Origin: Octopus sinensis
Lineage: Eukaryota
NCBI RefSeq assembly: GCF_006345805.1
Contig: NW_021835211.1
Span: 1-46,113 of the forward strand
Length of the DNA stretch: 46,113 bases
Direction of reading: 5' to 3'
This document shows, piece by piece, positions 1-12,878 of this stretch (the first letter of the stretch is position 1; every line of letters begins with the position of its first letter). The notes beneath the pieces were generated by a model. That model did not search any database, was not told the DNA's origin, and saw only the letters and a program-made list of their open reading frames with translations. Both the position numbers and the translations under genes were made by a program.

Positions 1-414
1 ATAGACAGACAGGTAGACAAGAGAAAGACGGACGGACGGACGGACAGGCGGAAAGACAGTCAGATAATTTGATAGACATAAATAGATACAAGTCAACATG
101 TGTGTGCGTATGTGTGTGAGTCCATCTATTTATGCTTGTATGTAAGTATATATATGTGTGTGTATGTGTGTATGTATGTATGTATGTATGTATATCGATA
201 GTGATGCAGATAAGCACAAGTAGGCTTCATATATATACATATATATATGTACACCTATACATATACACATATAGATAGACATGGAGATATATAATATATC
301 GAGAGAGAGAGAGAGAGAGAGTGTGAGTGAGAGATCTATACATATAACGATATATATAACCAACGACATTCAGAAGACAGCCTATATATAAGTACAAGCA
401 TATATATACATATA

Positions 415-446
<32 letters not shown>

Positions 447-476
447 TGTGTGTGTATGTATATATATGGGTTATAT

Positions 477-540
<64 letters not shown>

Positions 541-1182
541 GCAAATGAATTTACATACTTACATACAGTATGCGACAGAGTTCATAGTTTTTTTTATGTT
601 TATATTTTTATATAAGCCATTTATAGACATATTAAATTACATGCATTCAGTTATATATGTAATTTCAAATTTTAGATCTATTCGCAATGTGTGACATTTA
701 TATGTGACACCTAAGTGTGACAGCTATGTGTGACAGCTATATATCATACATTTTGCAGTTTACGTTAATTTCTCTCTTACACTGCTATGTCAAAACAGGG
801 CAGCCATTGTAATTCTTTTGTTTCGAGTCATCTACATTCATTAACTTTAAAATATTGCACTGAACAGAGCAATCTTTTATACGAAATAGATACTTCTTCA
901 AAAGCACCGATAGATATTCTTCGAAAGGTAATTCTAATCTGGTTGTGGAGATAATGGTGAGTGGTTTTGAACAAATTCCAGAAGGAGGAAAGTAAAAGAC
1001 AAGCATAGATTTCTAAACGAAAATGATGCCGGATGAGCAAAATCTAAGGGATTTTCAGACAGGAATATCACCTAATCATGGAGAAAATTATAATGATAAT
1101 ATGGATAATACACTCATACAGATATATGTATATATACACACACACAAACACACACACACACACACACACACCACACACACAC

Positions 1183-1232
<50 letters not shown>

Positions 1233-1239
1233 GTTGGAA

Positions 1240-1395
1240 TTTACAAAAAGAAACGAAGACGAGTGTGTAAACAAGAAAAAAGATGTAGTAGTGAAAAAGT
1301 CTTTTACGTTTCGAGCCTACGCTCTTCAACAGAAAGGAACACAGAAATAAACAGGGAGAGAAAATAAAGAAAAGATTTAGTGGCTAGCGATCAAT
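1240..1395 (-). mobile_element. Short dispersed element end (Penelope pseudo-LTR/retrozyme-like, family A) carrying a hammerhead motif
   Basis: Homologous to 41820-41960 (opposite strand) and, more weakly, 33205-33330; shares CTTTCTGTTGAAGAGCGTAGGCTCGAAA(C/T)GTAAAAGAC. PLE affiliation is inferred from the hammerhead motif. Confidence 0.55.
1301..1336 (-). ncRNA. Minimal type-I hammerhead ribozyme-like motif, U6 variant
   Basis: Reverse complement parses as CUUU-CUGUUGA-A-GAGC(GUAG)GCUC-GAA-ACGU-A-AAAG: stem I 4 bp, stem II 4 bp, palindromic loopless stem III, GUA site. Confidence 0.6.
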
Positions 1396-1583
1396 CGAGA
1401 CAGACCTACAGATAGACAAACAGACAGACAGAAAGATAGATAGATAAATACATGAATAAATAGATAAATCAATAAAATGTTGACAGATATATATGTTTGC
1501 GCTGTATATGTTTATATATATGCATATAAAAAATATATATGTATGTACGCATCATACTCGCACATACATATGTCTATATATAA

Positions 1584-1769
1584 GGCGTAGGAATAGCTGT
1601 GTGGTAAGTAGCTTGCTTACCAACCACATGGTTCCGGGTTCAGTCCCACTCACAGAATAACTACTAGGTATACAAAGAATAAGTCCTGGGGTCGATTTGC
1701 TCGACTAAGGGCGGTGCTCCAGCATGGTCACAGTCAAATAACTGAAACAAGTAAAAGAGTAAAAGAGTA
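1584..1769 (+). mobile_element. tRNA-derived SINE (family 1), internally deleted
   Basis: Head GGCGTAGGAATAGCTGTGTGGTAAG...GGTTCAGTCCC (A/B-box-like) joined directly to the tail ...CAGCATGGTCACAGTCAAATAACTGAAACAAG(TAAAAGAG)2; matches both ends of the full copy at 13446-13892. Confidence 0.8.
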
Positions 1770-1874
1770 TATATGTTTGTCCTGTACCCATATATGCATG
1801 TATATATACATGTAGGGGTAGGTACGTACATATATGTATGTATATATGCATATGTTTTATTTTATTTATTAATT

Positions 1875-1916
<42 letters not shown>

Positions 1917-2438
1917 TATAATATATATATATATATAATTGTATATACGTATATTAGATATGTGTGTATATTATATATATATATATATATGTATATATAT
2001 ACTATATATATATATACATATATAGATATAAATATATATGTATGCATGTGTGTGTATATATAAATATATATCTATACATATACATATAAATTTGAAACAG
2101 CACTCAATTTTGAAATTATCTGCTAATTAAGAGCCTATTATAACCTAATTGTGTTCATTGTGTGATGAGTAATATCAGGAAGGAAAATTTGAGTAAGCAA
2201 TATCATTTATCGAATGGCTACACATACACACCTACACCCAACCCCTAACCCTCCTACCCACACCCACCCTACACCACACATATATATATATATGTATATA
2301 TGCATTAGTAAATACTTATGCGTATAAATAAATATATATATATTTATATGTGTGTGTTCGTATACACACACACACACATATATATATATGCACGCACTTG
2401 CAGCTATATATACTATATATACATATTTGTGTAAGTAA

Positions 2439-2514
<76 letters not shown>

Positions 2515-2766
2515 AAGTTATGTATATGTATATGTGTGTATATATCTGTACATCTGTGAATTTATATTGTGAGTGCGTTTATTGCGCACTTGTGTGGGTA
2601 TATGCAAGAGTGTACATTTGCATATGTATATGCATATGTTATGTACGTGTGTGTACGCACGTTGTGTGTGCGTGTGTGTGTGTATGTGTGTGCGTGTGTG
2701 TGTTTACTGAAATTTTAGAATCAGAGGAAACGATCCATAATAATATATAATAATATAATAATAATA

Positions 2767-2801
<35 letters not shown>

Positions 2802-2903
2802 GAAGAGAGAAGAAGAAGAAGAAGAAGAAGAAGAAGAAGAAGAAGAAGAAGAGGAAGAATGATAATGTCCGGGTATTATTATCATTATTATTATTCTTAA
2901 TAA

Positions 2904-3114
2904 GGCGGCCAGCTAGCAGAATCGTTAGCACGCGGACAAAACGCCAGGCGACATTTCTTCCGTCCGCACATTCAGAGTTCACATTCCGCCGAGGTCGACC
3001 TTACCTTTCATCCCCTTCGGGGTAGATAAAATAGATAGTAGTTGAGTACTGGTGTCGATGTAATCGACTACCTACCTCCCCTAAAATTGCTGGCCTAGTG
3101 CCAAAAATTTGAAA
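2904..3114 (+). mobile_element. tRNA-derived SINE (family 2)
   Basis: GGCGGCCAGCTAGCAGAATCGTTAGC head, GAGTTCACATTCC B-box-like motif, core CCGAGGTCGACCTTACCTTTCATCCCCTTCGGGGTAGATAAA; homologous to copies at 4036, 6658 and 30026. Confidence 0.8.
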
Positions 3115-3313
3115 TTATTATTATTTTTAGGCAGAATCGTTAAACTGAATTCTTCACAACAGTCTTCTCTCCTCTCAGTTCAAATCTCGCTGAGGTTAAC
3201 TTTGCGTTTAGCCCTCAGGTTTGATAAAATAAGTATTAGTATTGCTTTAGAGTCCATACACTCGACTAATACACGCTCTCTCAAATTTTAATACTTCTGG
3301 TTCTAGGAGAAAT

Positions 3314-3540
<227 letters not shown>

Positions 3541-3620
3541 TCTATGTTTGACTTTTGCTTTACATTTGTACAAGTTGGCTCCAAGTCTCACCCAAGACCT
3601 CAGAGACAACAAGCTGAAGT
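3541..3620 (-). mobile_element. Extreme 3' end (3' UTR) of R4/Dong-like non-LTR element
   Basis: CTATGTTTGACTTTTGCTTTACATTTGTACAAGTTGGCTCCAAGTCTCAC matches 8375-8450 and 20372-20440; TAA tail follows on the minus strand. Confidence 0.8.
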
Positions 3621-3624
3621 GTTT

Positions 3625-3779
3625 GTTCGACTAGGTGCTGCTGGCTTAAATACGCACGACTCAAGTTAGAGAAGGAGAGCGTATTATACACAAAGTTTAG
3701 GTTTCTCAGAGGTACAGCTCCCTAAAAAATCCCCCGCGTATTATACTCAAGGACGGACTATACTCGAAGATTTACGGTA
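3625..3779. mobile_element. Probable Tc1/mariner/pogo-type transposon end fragment
   Basis: Ends GGACTATACTCGAAGATTTACGG-TA; subterminal direct repeats GCGTATTATAC(A/T)CAA at 3679 and 3736; no partner TIR found. Confidence 0.4.
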
Positions 3780-3869
3780 TATATAAATATAAATATAAAT
3801 ATATATATATACACAATTATATATTATATATATATATAATATATATAATATATATAATATATTATATAC

Positions 3870-4026
3870 TACGGGCTTCTTTCAGTTTCCGTCTACAAAA
3901 TCTACTCGGAAGGTTTTCTTCGGTCTGAGGCTGTAGTAAGAAACACTTGCCAACTGTGCCATACAATGGGACTGAACCTCTGATCATTTGGTTGGAAAGA
4001 AAATTTCTTACTACACAGCCTCGCCT
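3870..4026 (-). mobile_element. tRNA-derived SINE (family 1), 5' half, diverged
   Basis: Homologous to 13731-13892 (ACGGGCTTCTTTCAGTTTCCGTCTAC...GGGACTGAACC...CACAGCC). Confidence 0.8.
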
Positions 4027-4035
4027 GGAATGAAG

Positions 4036-4204
4036 CAGTTAGTCAATTAAATCGACCCCACGGGTAATATACTTTATTGTCACCGGAAAGATGAAAGACA
4101 AAGTCAACTTCGGCGAGATTTGAGCTCAGAACACGAAGAGTTTCAAAACAAATTATTAATAGAAAGAATTTTGTTCGACGCTCCAACGTTTCTGGCCGCT
4201 CGCC
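4036..4204 (-). mobile_element. SINE family 2, diverged
   Basis: GATGAAAGACAAAGTCAACTTCGGCGAGATTTGAGCTCAGAAC...CAACGTTTCTGGCCGCTCGCC is the reverse complement of the family 2 core and head. Confidence 0.7.
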
Positions 4205-5005
4205 ACCTGTCACTAATAATAATAATTTCGTTATATTGACGTAGAAGCATCAGAGGTCAGTGCAGCGTTCAATGATTTTGTTACAAGAAAACACTGAAGA
4301 AATATTACACACCACTGTGGCTTTTTATCAAAATCTTCTCACTTAGCAGAAATAGATCCTGATAGGTCACAGATGATTTGAACCCACGCCGGGCTTGTCT
4401 GGACTCGGATTACACAAGAAGTCTAAACCTGTCAGCTAAGTTTCTAATATGTTTATATGAGACGTTGGAAGATGATGTGAGGATATCGTCAGATCAGATG
4501 ATCTGGTGACATAAACATCGTATCATTATATACATAGATGCGTATTGTACAGACACACACACAAACGCATATGTACGTGCGCATCTACGTATGTATTTAT
4601 ATATCTACTACATATACATTTATATACATACGCAAACATACACAGATATGTGTCTGCACACATACACACACACACACACACACATATATATTTATATTAT
4701 ATAGTATGTATGTATATATAGATAGATATATGTATATAGCTAAATATATAAAAATAACATATAATACTATATATATATATATATATTAAATATATTACTT
4801 ATATATATTAATATATAGTTACTTAATATAATATATATATATATATATACATCTACATACACGTAAGCATATCTATACTCACACACACACATACACACAC
4901 ATACGTATACATATGCATATATATATATATATATACATATATATATACATATATATATATATACGTATATATATATTACAGTATATATAATATATAATCC
5001 ATAGT

Positions 5006-5045
<40 letters not shown>

Positions 5046-5394
5046 TATAACATATATATATATATATATATAAATACATTATATAAAAATATACAAATTA
5101 CAAATATATGTATTTCCATACATATATATAAATATATGTGTGCGTGTGTGTGTGTAGATATGTGTGTGTGCAGATTCTTTCCTATCCATATTGCGACCTC
5201 TGTACCATATACTTTGCAAACTAATCCGATCCCTGCCAGAATAGGTCAGAAAGACTAAACAGGCACACATAAAAACAATAACACACAGACATACAGACAC
5301 ACATATACACGCATACACATATAAACACGCGCGCGCATACACAAACACAGACACACGCACACACACAAACAGAGACACGGAAATATTTTATTCT

Positions 5395-5530
5395 TTAACA
5401 TATTTCAGCGAGTGGATTGTGGCCATGCTGGGATATTATTCTCAAATGTTTAGTTGACTATATCGACCATAGTTACTAATTTTATTGGGACCGATTTGTC
5501 GAAACGCTAAGTTACTGGACTCAGTATAAG
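5395..5530 (-). mobile_element. SINE family 1, degenerate 3' part
   Basis: TTTCAG...TGTGGCCATGCTGG...GAAACGCTAAGTTAC similar to 13455-13590. Confidence 0.5.
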
Positions 5531-6657
5531 CAGACATAAACATGACCACGGACATATAATTATGCTGAGAGGGAGAGGAAAACATCATGACGTTTCGGAA
5601 GTTGGTCTTTGTCATGTTGTATGAATTAAGAAAAGAAATGGATGAAGCAGAAGAGATTCTACACTCCAGACGCTGAGGATTATTAAAAGGTTACGTAATA
5701 AGATAAGCAGAGAGTCGAGATTAATATCAGAATTAAAGATCTGGAGTAGGGGTTAGAAAAATAAATGCAAAAGCAGAAGAATGTCCAAAAATGTCTCAAC
5801 GCTCACAGAAGGAAATTAAGAGGGGTGCCTTTTTTCGGTTTGAAGGAACCTATTTTCTATAAAGTGAGAAATAACAATACTCGTGAGAATAGATCAGTCT
5901 TCCACCCCGGAACTGAATTTCAAAGTCCTTGATATAATCAACATAGAGCTACTCAAGAAATATCCATTATGTACGAGGATGCATCGTACTTGATTTTTGA
6001 TCAAAGAAGAGATGAGATTAGACTACAAACACGACAGAAATGATAATTGATAAAATGTACCGAGTTTCTTCATATCACAGTACAAATAAATGCGAGGCTT
6101 AGGGTTCTTTTTTGTTCACATTGACCCATGAAGGCCTAACAGATTCTTGAACAATACGTGGAGGAAAAGAAATGGTTCCAGAGTCAACAAAGTAAGAGTC
6201 TAGAGAGAATATGTAAAATAAGAACGTGAGGTACCCGAAATGACGTCGGTTGCGACCTCCCATCTATACTGTCGGTCGTTTGCCCGAATCAGAAACTGAA
6301 TCTCGTTTAAGCATTGCGTTTTTATCTGGAGTAATTCAATTATTTTATGTAGTTGTTTGTGTTATCTCGCATTTTAAGACTTGTCCTTGCCTATTTTTTA
6401 ATAACGCTTCTCAAAACCTCAATTCATTTTTGTTAATATGATTTGCATGTCCTTTCTCCACACGTATTATAAGCTCCATTTCTTTTATTGTATATAGAAA
6501 TGATTTTAATGTAATGGGCCTAAGTGCTGAGAGATCAACAACTTATCATTAGTGCTTTGATGTTGTGCTCAATGATAAAGGCCCGAGTGGCCAATGAAAA
6601 CAATCTTCATCATCATCATTATTATCATCATCATCATCATCATCATTACCATTTAAA

Positions 6658-6795
6658 GGCGGCGAGCTGGCAGAAACGTTAGCACGCGGGCGAAATGCTT
6701 AGCGGTATTTCATCTACCGCTACGTTCTGAGTTCAAATTCCGCCGAGGTCGACTTTGCCTTTCATCCTTTCGAGGTCGATAAATTAAGAACCAGT
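6658..6795 (+). mobile_element. SINE family 2, 3'-truncated
   Basis: GGCGGCGAGCTGGCAGAAACGTTAGC...GAGTTCAAATTCCGCCGAGGTCGACTTTGCCTTTCATCC; joins the retrotransposon remnant at CCAGT. Confidence 0.85.
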
Positions 6796-8110
6796 GTATG
6801 TAGGCCCCAACTCTGTCGTGTCTTTGAATATATCTCTCCTTAGCCAGAACTGGGCAGCCCGAGACAGTATGATTTATTGTTTCTTGTCCATTTCCACATA
6901 TTCTTTTCATTATATGTTTTTGGTAATTTCTGGTGGAGAGGCTTTGGCCTTGTGCTGCAATTAAAAATCCTTCAGTCTCTGCTTTGAGTCTTGATCTTCT
7001 CAGCCATTGTTGGTAATTTGCATTGTCTATTTCTTTTCTGTTTAGCGTAACCCAGTATTTGCCATGAAGGGACTTTTCTTGCCATTGTTTTATCATGATC
7101 CGTTGCTGTTCCAGTTTTAGTTTAGATTTCAGTTGTTTTACAGCTTTTGTTGTTTCTTCTTTTTCTTCATAGTTGTTAGGTACTATGACTTCTTTTTTTT
7201 TTTTTTGTATTTGTCAGCTTCCTTAAAGACTGAAAACAGGTTTTTGTTTTGTTCGTGTTTTGTGGCTATTTGCATTAGTTCTCCTTGCTTCTGAAGTAGG
7301 TATTTTTGCAGTCCTGTGGTGGTTATTTTGTAATAGTTTTCTAGCTGTAAAAGACCTCTACCACCTTCTATACATTGTATATATAACCTTTCTATGTCAG
7401 ATTTTGGGTGGTGCACCTTAGATCCTGTCATTATTTTTCTTGTTTTCCTGTCTATTTTGATTAGTTCATTTAGTGTCCAGTTAAGGATATTGTAGCTGTA
7501 ACTTATAACTGGGACGGCTAAAGTATTGATACCTATTATCTTGTTTTTCGCATTGAGCTCTATTTTCAGTATTAATCTAGCTCGTTTATAGTATTCTTTT
7601 TTTTTCTCTCTGTTTCATTTGTGTGTATTGCATCGTATCTAGTTCATTGATTCCTAAATATTTGTATGTCTCGCTTTGGTCTACTTCTCTTATTTCATTT
7701 GCTTTATGTAGTATGATTTAGCTACTCTTTACTAGTTTTCCTCTTTTCAAGGTTGCTTTGGCACATTTTTCTAAGCCAAATTTCATATTTATTTCTTTGG
7801 TAAATCTATGTGCTGTCAGTAGTAGTGTTTCCAGCTGTTTATCATTTGTAGCGTACAGTTTTAGGTCATCCATATATAAAAGGTGGCTCATTGTTTTGCC
7901 GTAACAGTTGTATCAGCATCCAGTTCTGTTTAGCATATCAGATAAAGGTATCAGTGCCAAGCAGAAAAGGAGTGGAGAGAGCTTGTCTCCCTGGAATACT
8001 CCTCTTCTATGGGGATGGCTTTGGTTTTTATGAGTCCCCATTTTGTTTGGAGCTGTAGCACTGTCTGCCATTTATTCATAGTGTTTTATAAATTTTATGA
8101 TTATTGGTGC
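6792..8110 (-). pseudogene. R4/Dong-clade non-LTR retrotransposon remnant: reverse transcriptase, thumb and CCHC region
   Basis: Minus-strand motifs RRGVFQGDKLSPLLFCLAL (~8005-7955) and SHLLYMDDLK (YMDD at 7865-7876); then W.EKSLHG.Y, WL....LKAETEGFLIAAQGQSL.T, C...ETINH.VSGC..LA...Y..RHDRV...IHW. Multiple stops and frameshifts. Confidence 0.9.
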
Positions 8111-8112
8111 TA

Positions 8113-8129
8113 CCTTATTATTATTATTG

Positions 8130-8223
<94 letters not shown>

Positions 8224-8262
8224 TATTATCATTATTATTATTATTATATTATTATGATTATT

Positions 8263-8331
<69 letters not shown>

Positions 8332-8374
8332 ATTTTTACTACTACTACTACTACTACTACTACTGCTATTATTA
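8113..8374. repeat. (TAA/CAA/TAG)n tail tract between two Dong-like copies
   Basis: Compound trinucleotide tract directly seen. Confidence 0.9.
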
Positions 8375-9040
8375 TATGTTTGACTTTCGTTTTGTATTTG
8401 TACAAGTTGACTCCAAGTCTCACTCTGAGACCTCAAAAGACAACAAGTTAGAAGTTCAAGTTGGTGTTACGCCTAGGGTATCATATATTTGGTTTTGCAC
8501 ATAGTATTGTTCTAGAGAATGTTTAAAAAACATAAGAAAATTATAAGTTTCTTTTAAAATTTGAGATTAAATAGACAGTATTTTACATAGGATATGTGCA
8601 ATTCCCATGAGCACTACCTTTTGAATTTCTGCCATTTTGAGGTTTCTATGTATCTGAGCTAGGTAGGAATCAGCTCCTTTTGCTATCATTCCTAGGGCAC
8701 CTATGACAACAGGTATTGTTTTAGTCACGAGTTTCCACATTTTGCTGATTTCTATTTCAACATCTTTATACTTGCTCAGTTTTTGCTAGGTCTTGACAGA
8801 TATATATATATATAATCGATTGGGACAGTCATATCAATGAGGAGGCATGAATTTTGTCTGAAGTCTTCCAATATAACGTCTGGCCTATTCGCATTTTTCA
8901 TTCTGTCAGTTTGAACGGTGAAGTTCCAGAGGAGTGAGATGTGATCATTTTGAAGCACTGGGGGTGGTTTGTGGTCCCACCACTTTTTATTATGGGGCAG
9001 GTCCAGGTTATCGCAAATTACCCAGAGAATATACTGTGCT
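8375..9040 (-). pseudogene. R4/Dong-clade remnant: restriction-like endonuclease domain and 3' UTR
   Basis: AQYILWVIC...WWDHKP..VLQND...LLWNFTVQTD....NRPDV......CLLIDMTVP, then KLSKYKDVEIEISKMW...TIPVVIGALG and EIQKVVLMGIAHIL; 3' UTR ends in the TAA tail. Confidence 0.9.
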
Positions 9041-9066
9041 ATTATTATTATCAGTATTATTATAAT

Positions 9067-9138
<72 letters not shown>

Positions 9139-9687
9139 CACTACTGTTATTATTATTATTATCATTCCTACAGGAGGGTACAGGATATGCAGAATGTTGG
9201 ACTAAATACCTTGTACAGTCTTTACGTTCTAAGCTCAGTGGCTTCCAGGGTCAAGTTTGCAAATATTCTGTTGAGAGGGTGGGACGCTAAAATAAGGTAC
9301 CCGGGTCTGATGTAACCGCAGCCACCATTTGAGATCATATAGTAATAATTCCTCACGATTATCACTCTACCAGTCATGTTCTGGGGACCGGTATAGTAGA
9401 AGGGTGTCATATATCATATCCCCCAAATAATCCTGCACACGTGACAATATAATACAGATCACTGGCTGATGGTCAAGTCGCCATAACCCACGTGGTTGTT
9501 GCTGTCGTTAATGTAATTGTTGTGGCAGTCGCTGTAATATCACTCCCTTTCGTCTGGTTGTTGCTGTTGTTGTTGTTATTGTCGTCGTCGTTGTTGTTGT
9601 TGTTGATGATGATGATGATGATAAGGAGGAGGAGGAGGATATCGTTGTCTTAAAGATATTTTGTTATTTTTGACGTCGTCAACGTGG

Positions 9688-9720
<33 letters not shown>

Positions 9721-9765
9721 CCATCCTCATCATCACTGTTCTGATAATTGTTGTCATCATCATCG

Positions 9766-9805
<40 letters not shown>

Positions 9806-10216
9806 AATCATCATCATCATCATCATCATCAACATCATCACCATCACCATCCTCATCATCACTGTTCTGATAACTGTCGTCTCCATCGTCGCCGTCGTCG
9901 TCGCCATTGACTTTCACCATTTTCGTTATCATCATCAGCATCGTCGTCGTCGTCATCATCAGGTTATTCAAAGCACCACTGAAAAGAGGTAGTGTCAGTT
10001 TTAACGTAAGTATTATTGCTTGTACAAATCTGTGTGTGCGCATATGCATGGTGTGCGCGTGTGTGTGGATGTGTGAAAGAGTGTAGCTGTGTGTGTGTGT
10101 CTATGAGCTAATGTGTGGTCTTATGTAAATGTGCGTATGAATTGTGTGCGTGTTCCACTTCCGAGGGTATCTATAAATATCCATTTTCAATTCCCTTACG
10201 TGTATGTATGTGTGTG

Positions 10217-10250
<34 letters not shown>

Positions 10251-10256
10251 ATATAT

Positions 10257-10298
<42 letters not shown>

Positions 10299-10541
10299 CA
10301 TACACACACACATACATACATACATACATAAACATATTATATATAATATAATATATACATACATATATATAATAGATATTATATAGGTATAATGCATATA
10401 ACGTACATACATACAACCACAAACATACATACAACAAACATATATATAATATATTATATATATATATATATATTATATATATATATATATGTATGTGTAT
10501 ATATATATATGTATGTATGTATATATATGTATGTATGTATA

Positions 10542-10579
<38 letters not shown>

Positions 10580-11226
10580 GAATATATGCACGTATGTACG
10601 TATATATTTATGTATATATGTATGTGTGTACGTATGTATGTATTTATTTCTGTATGTATGTATGTATGTATGTATGTATGTATGTATGTATGTATGTATG
10701 TATGTATGTATGTATGTGTGTGTGTATGTATGTATGTATGTATGTATGTATGTATGTATGTATGTATGTATGTACGTATGTATGTATGTATGTATGTATG
10801 TATGTATGTATGTATGTATGTATGCATGAAATTACGTATGCATGTATATGTAAATGTATGAGAAGGTGTGTTTATATGCATGTGAGTCTGTAAGTGAAAA
10901 TCTGCTGACCTGAAGCCTGAGGACAGGAAAGTGTAGAGTGTCACAAGTGGAAAGGCGGGTGCGCCGGAGGGTGGTGGGGGTGGTATTCGAACGTCCCATA
11001 CAAAAAAAAAGTATTTCTTGCAGCAGGACAGAGAGAGTGAGAGAAAAGCTGCTCTTATGAATATTTTAGCTTGAAGGCATTTCTGCGACAAAAGATGGGA
11101 TTATGCCATTATCAATAACACCAAAACACTGTGGCGGAATGAATTTAAAGTCTATACATACATCCATGTATATATTAGAGTGTGTGTGTGTGTGTTTGGT
11201 TGTGTGTGTTGTATGTATGTATATAT

Positions 11227-11277
<51 letters not shown>

Positions 11278-11368
11278 ATATATATATATAATATAATATA
11301 CATATAATATATATGTAGATATGTATATAAGTATATATGAGTGCGCGTGTGTGTGTACACACACCACA

Positions 11369-11440
<72 letters not shown>

Positions 11441-11469
11441 AATATATATATATATATATAATTATATAT

Positions 11470-11514
<45 letters not shown>

Positions 11515-11782
11515 GTATAATGTATATAAGTATATATAGTGCGCGTGTGTGGTGTACACACACACACCACCACATATATATATATATATATATGCACACA
11601 TAGATGAATGAATAAATGCACATACACAATCATACATACATACATACATGCATGCATGCATAGAAATACACATATGCATAAATATGTGTACAGGAAACGA
11701 TAAGCATGGAATAGGCAAAAGAGCTGAATGCATTTAAATATGCAAATCTATTCATTTCCATTTCTGAATTTTAGTTTACATA

Positions 11783-12329
11783 TCGGGTCATCCCATAAGT
11801 TCTGTCCGATTTTACCTTTTTTTAAATTGAATGAAATTCTACAATATTTTAGAATGTCTAACGGAATTAAAAATTGTTTTTATGCATTTGTGTACATTTT
11901 AAATAATTAAATATTATCTTAGAGAATAATAGAATAAAAATTTCTTTGATTAAAACCCTTTCTAACATGGAAGTATCCAAAGAGCATTTAAGGCACATAA
12001 TGCTTTATGAGTACAAAAAGGGAATCTCTGCAGCCGAAGCGATACGAAACATACACTCAGTTTATGGGAAAGAATGATTGAATAAAAGAACTTGCAGAAG
12101 ATGGTTTGCAAAATTCAGAAGTGGAAATTTCAGCCTTAAAGGTGAAGATCGAACAGGACGTCCAGTTGAATTCGATGATAAGCTCTTTGAGGCATTAGTT
12201 GAAGAAAATCGTGCATTATCAGTCGAGGAATTTGCAATAAAGCTTAGTTCAAACCACGCCGCCTTGCATACAACAGTTCATCGTCATCTTCAACAACTTA
12301 GAAAGGTTCTTAAACATGGAAAATGGGTG
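11783..12329 (+). mobile_element. Mariner relic: left TIR and N-terminal HTH half of transposase
   Basis: TA-TCGGGTCATCCCATAAGTTCTGTCCG; ATG at 11967 gives MEVSKEHLRHIMLYEYKKG.SAAEA.RNI.SVYG, TGA at 12075, then RTCRRWFAKFRSGNFSL..EDRTGRP...GKWV, truncated at the WVPHEL motif. Confidence 0.9.
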
Positions 12330-12344
12330 TATATGTGTGTGTGT

Positions 12345-12563
12345 CTGTGTGTTTGTGTGTCTGTGTTTGTCCCCTCCCCATCATCGCTTGATAACCAATG
12401 TTGGTGTGTTTACGTCCCCGTAGCATAGCTGTTCGGCCAAAAAGACCGATAGATTAAGTACTAGACTTACAAATAATAAGTAGTGGAGTAGATTTGTTCG
12501 ATTAAAGGTAGGGTCCCAGCATGGCCGCACTCAAATGACTGAAACAATTAAAAGAGTAAAAGA
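12345..12563 (+). mobile_element. SINE family 1, 3' half
   Basis: TGTGTTTGTCCCC...CATCGCTTGATAACC...TTTACGTCCCCG...CAGCATGGCCGCACTCAAATGACTGAAAC...AAAAGAGTAAAAGA; reverse-complement match to 13446-13640. Confidence 0.8.
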
Positions 12564-12597
12564 ACATGTACTATATGCGTATATATGTATACGTATA

Positions 12598-12717
12598 TCA
12601 TACGGCCATATCACGCTGAGTTCACAGGTTCTCGTTCGATCATCGAAGTTAAGAAACGTCGAGCATAATTAGTACTTAGATGAGTGACCACTTGGGAAAC
12701 CGAGGTGCTGTAAGCAT
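12598..12717 (+). pseudogene. 5S rRNA pseudogene (full length, diverged)
   Basis: TACGGCCATATCACGCTGAG...GGTTCTCGTTCGATCATCGAAGTTAAG...TTAGTACTTAGATGAGTGACC...GGGAAACC...GTGCTGTAAGC aligns with metazoan 5S over ~120 nt; altered C box, no oligo-T terminator, solitary copy. Confidence 0.85.
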
Positions 12718-12878
12718 CTCACACATATATCAATATATGTATACATATGTGTGTGTATGTGTATTTTTCTATGCGTATATGTGCATGTCTAATTTTGTTT
12801 AATTATTATATAAGTAGATATACAGTATATATACCAACATAATTTATATGTGTGTGTGTGTGTGTGTAGAGAGAGAGA

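Noticed and set aside
4465-4500. CUGACGA on the minus strand followed by AACGUC
   Set aside because: GAA missing and helices do not pair.
5585-5620. GAAACGUC hammerhead half-motif on the minus strand
   Set aside because: No recognisable NUGANNA core or stem II.
9576-10049. Acidic Asp-rich ORF with a repeated YQNSDDEDGDD
   Set aside because: Explained by a (CAT)n tract with an internal ~126-bp duplication.
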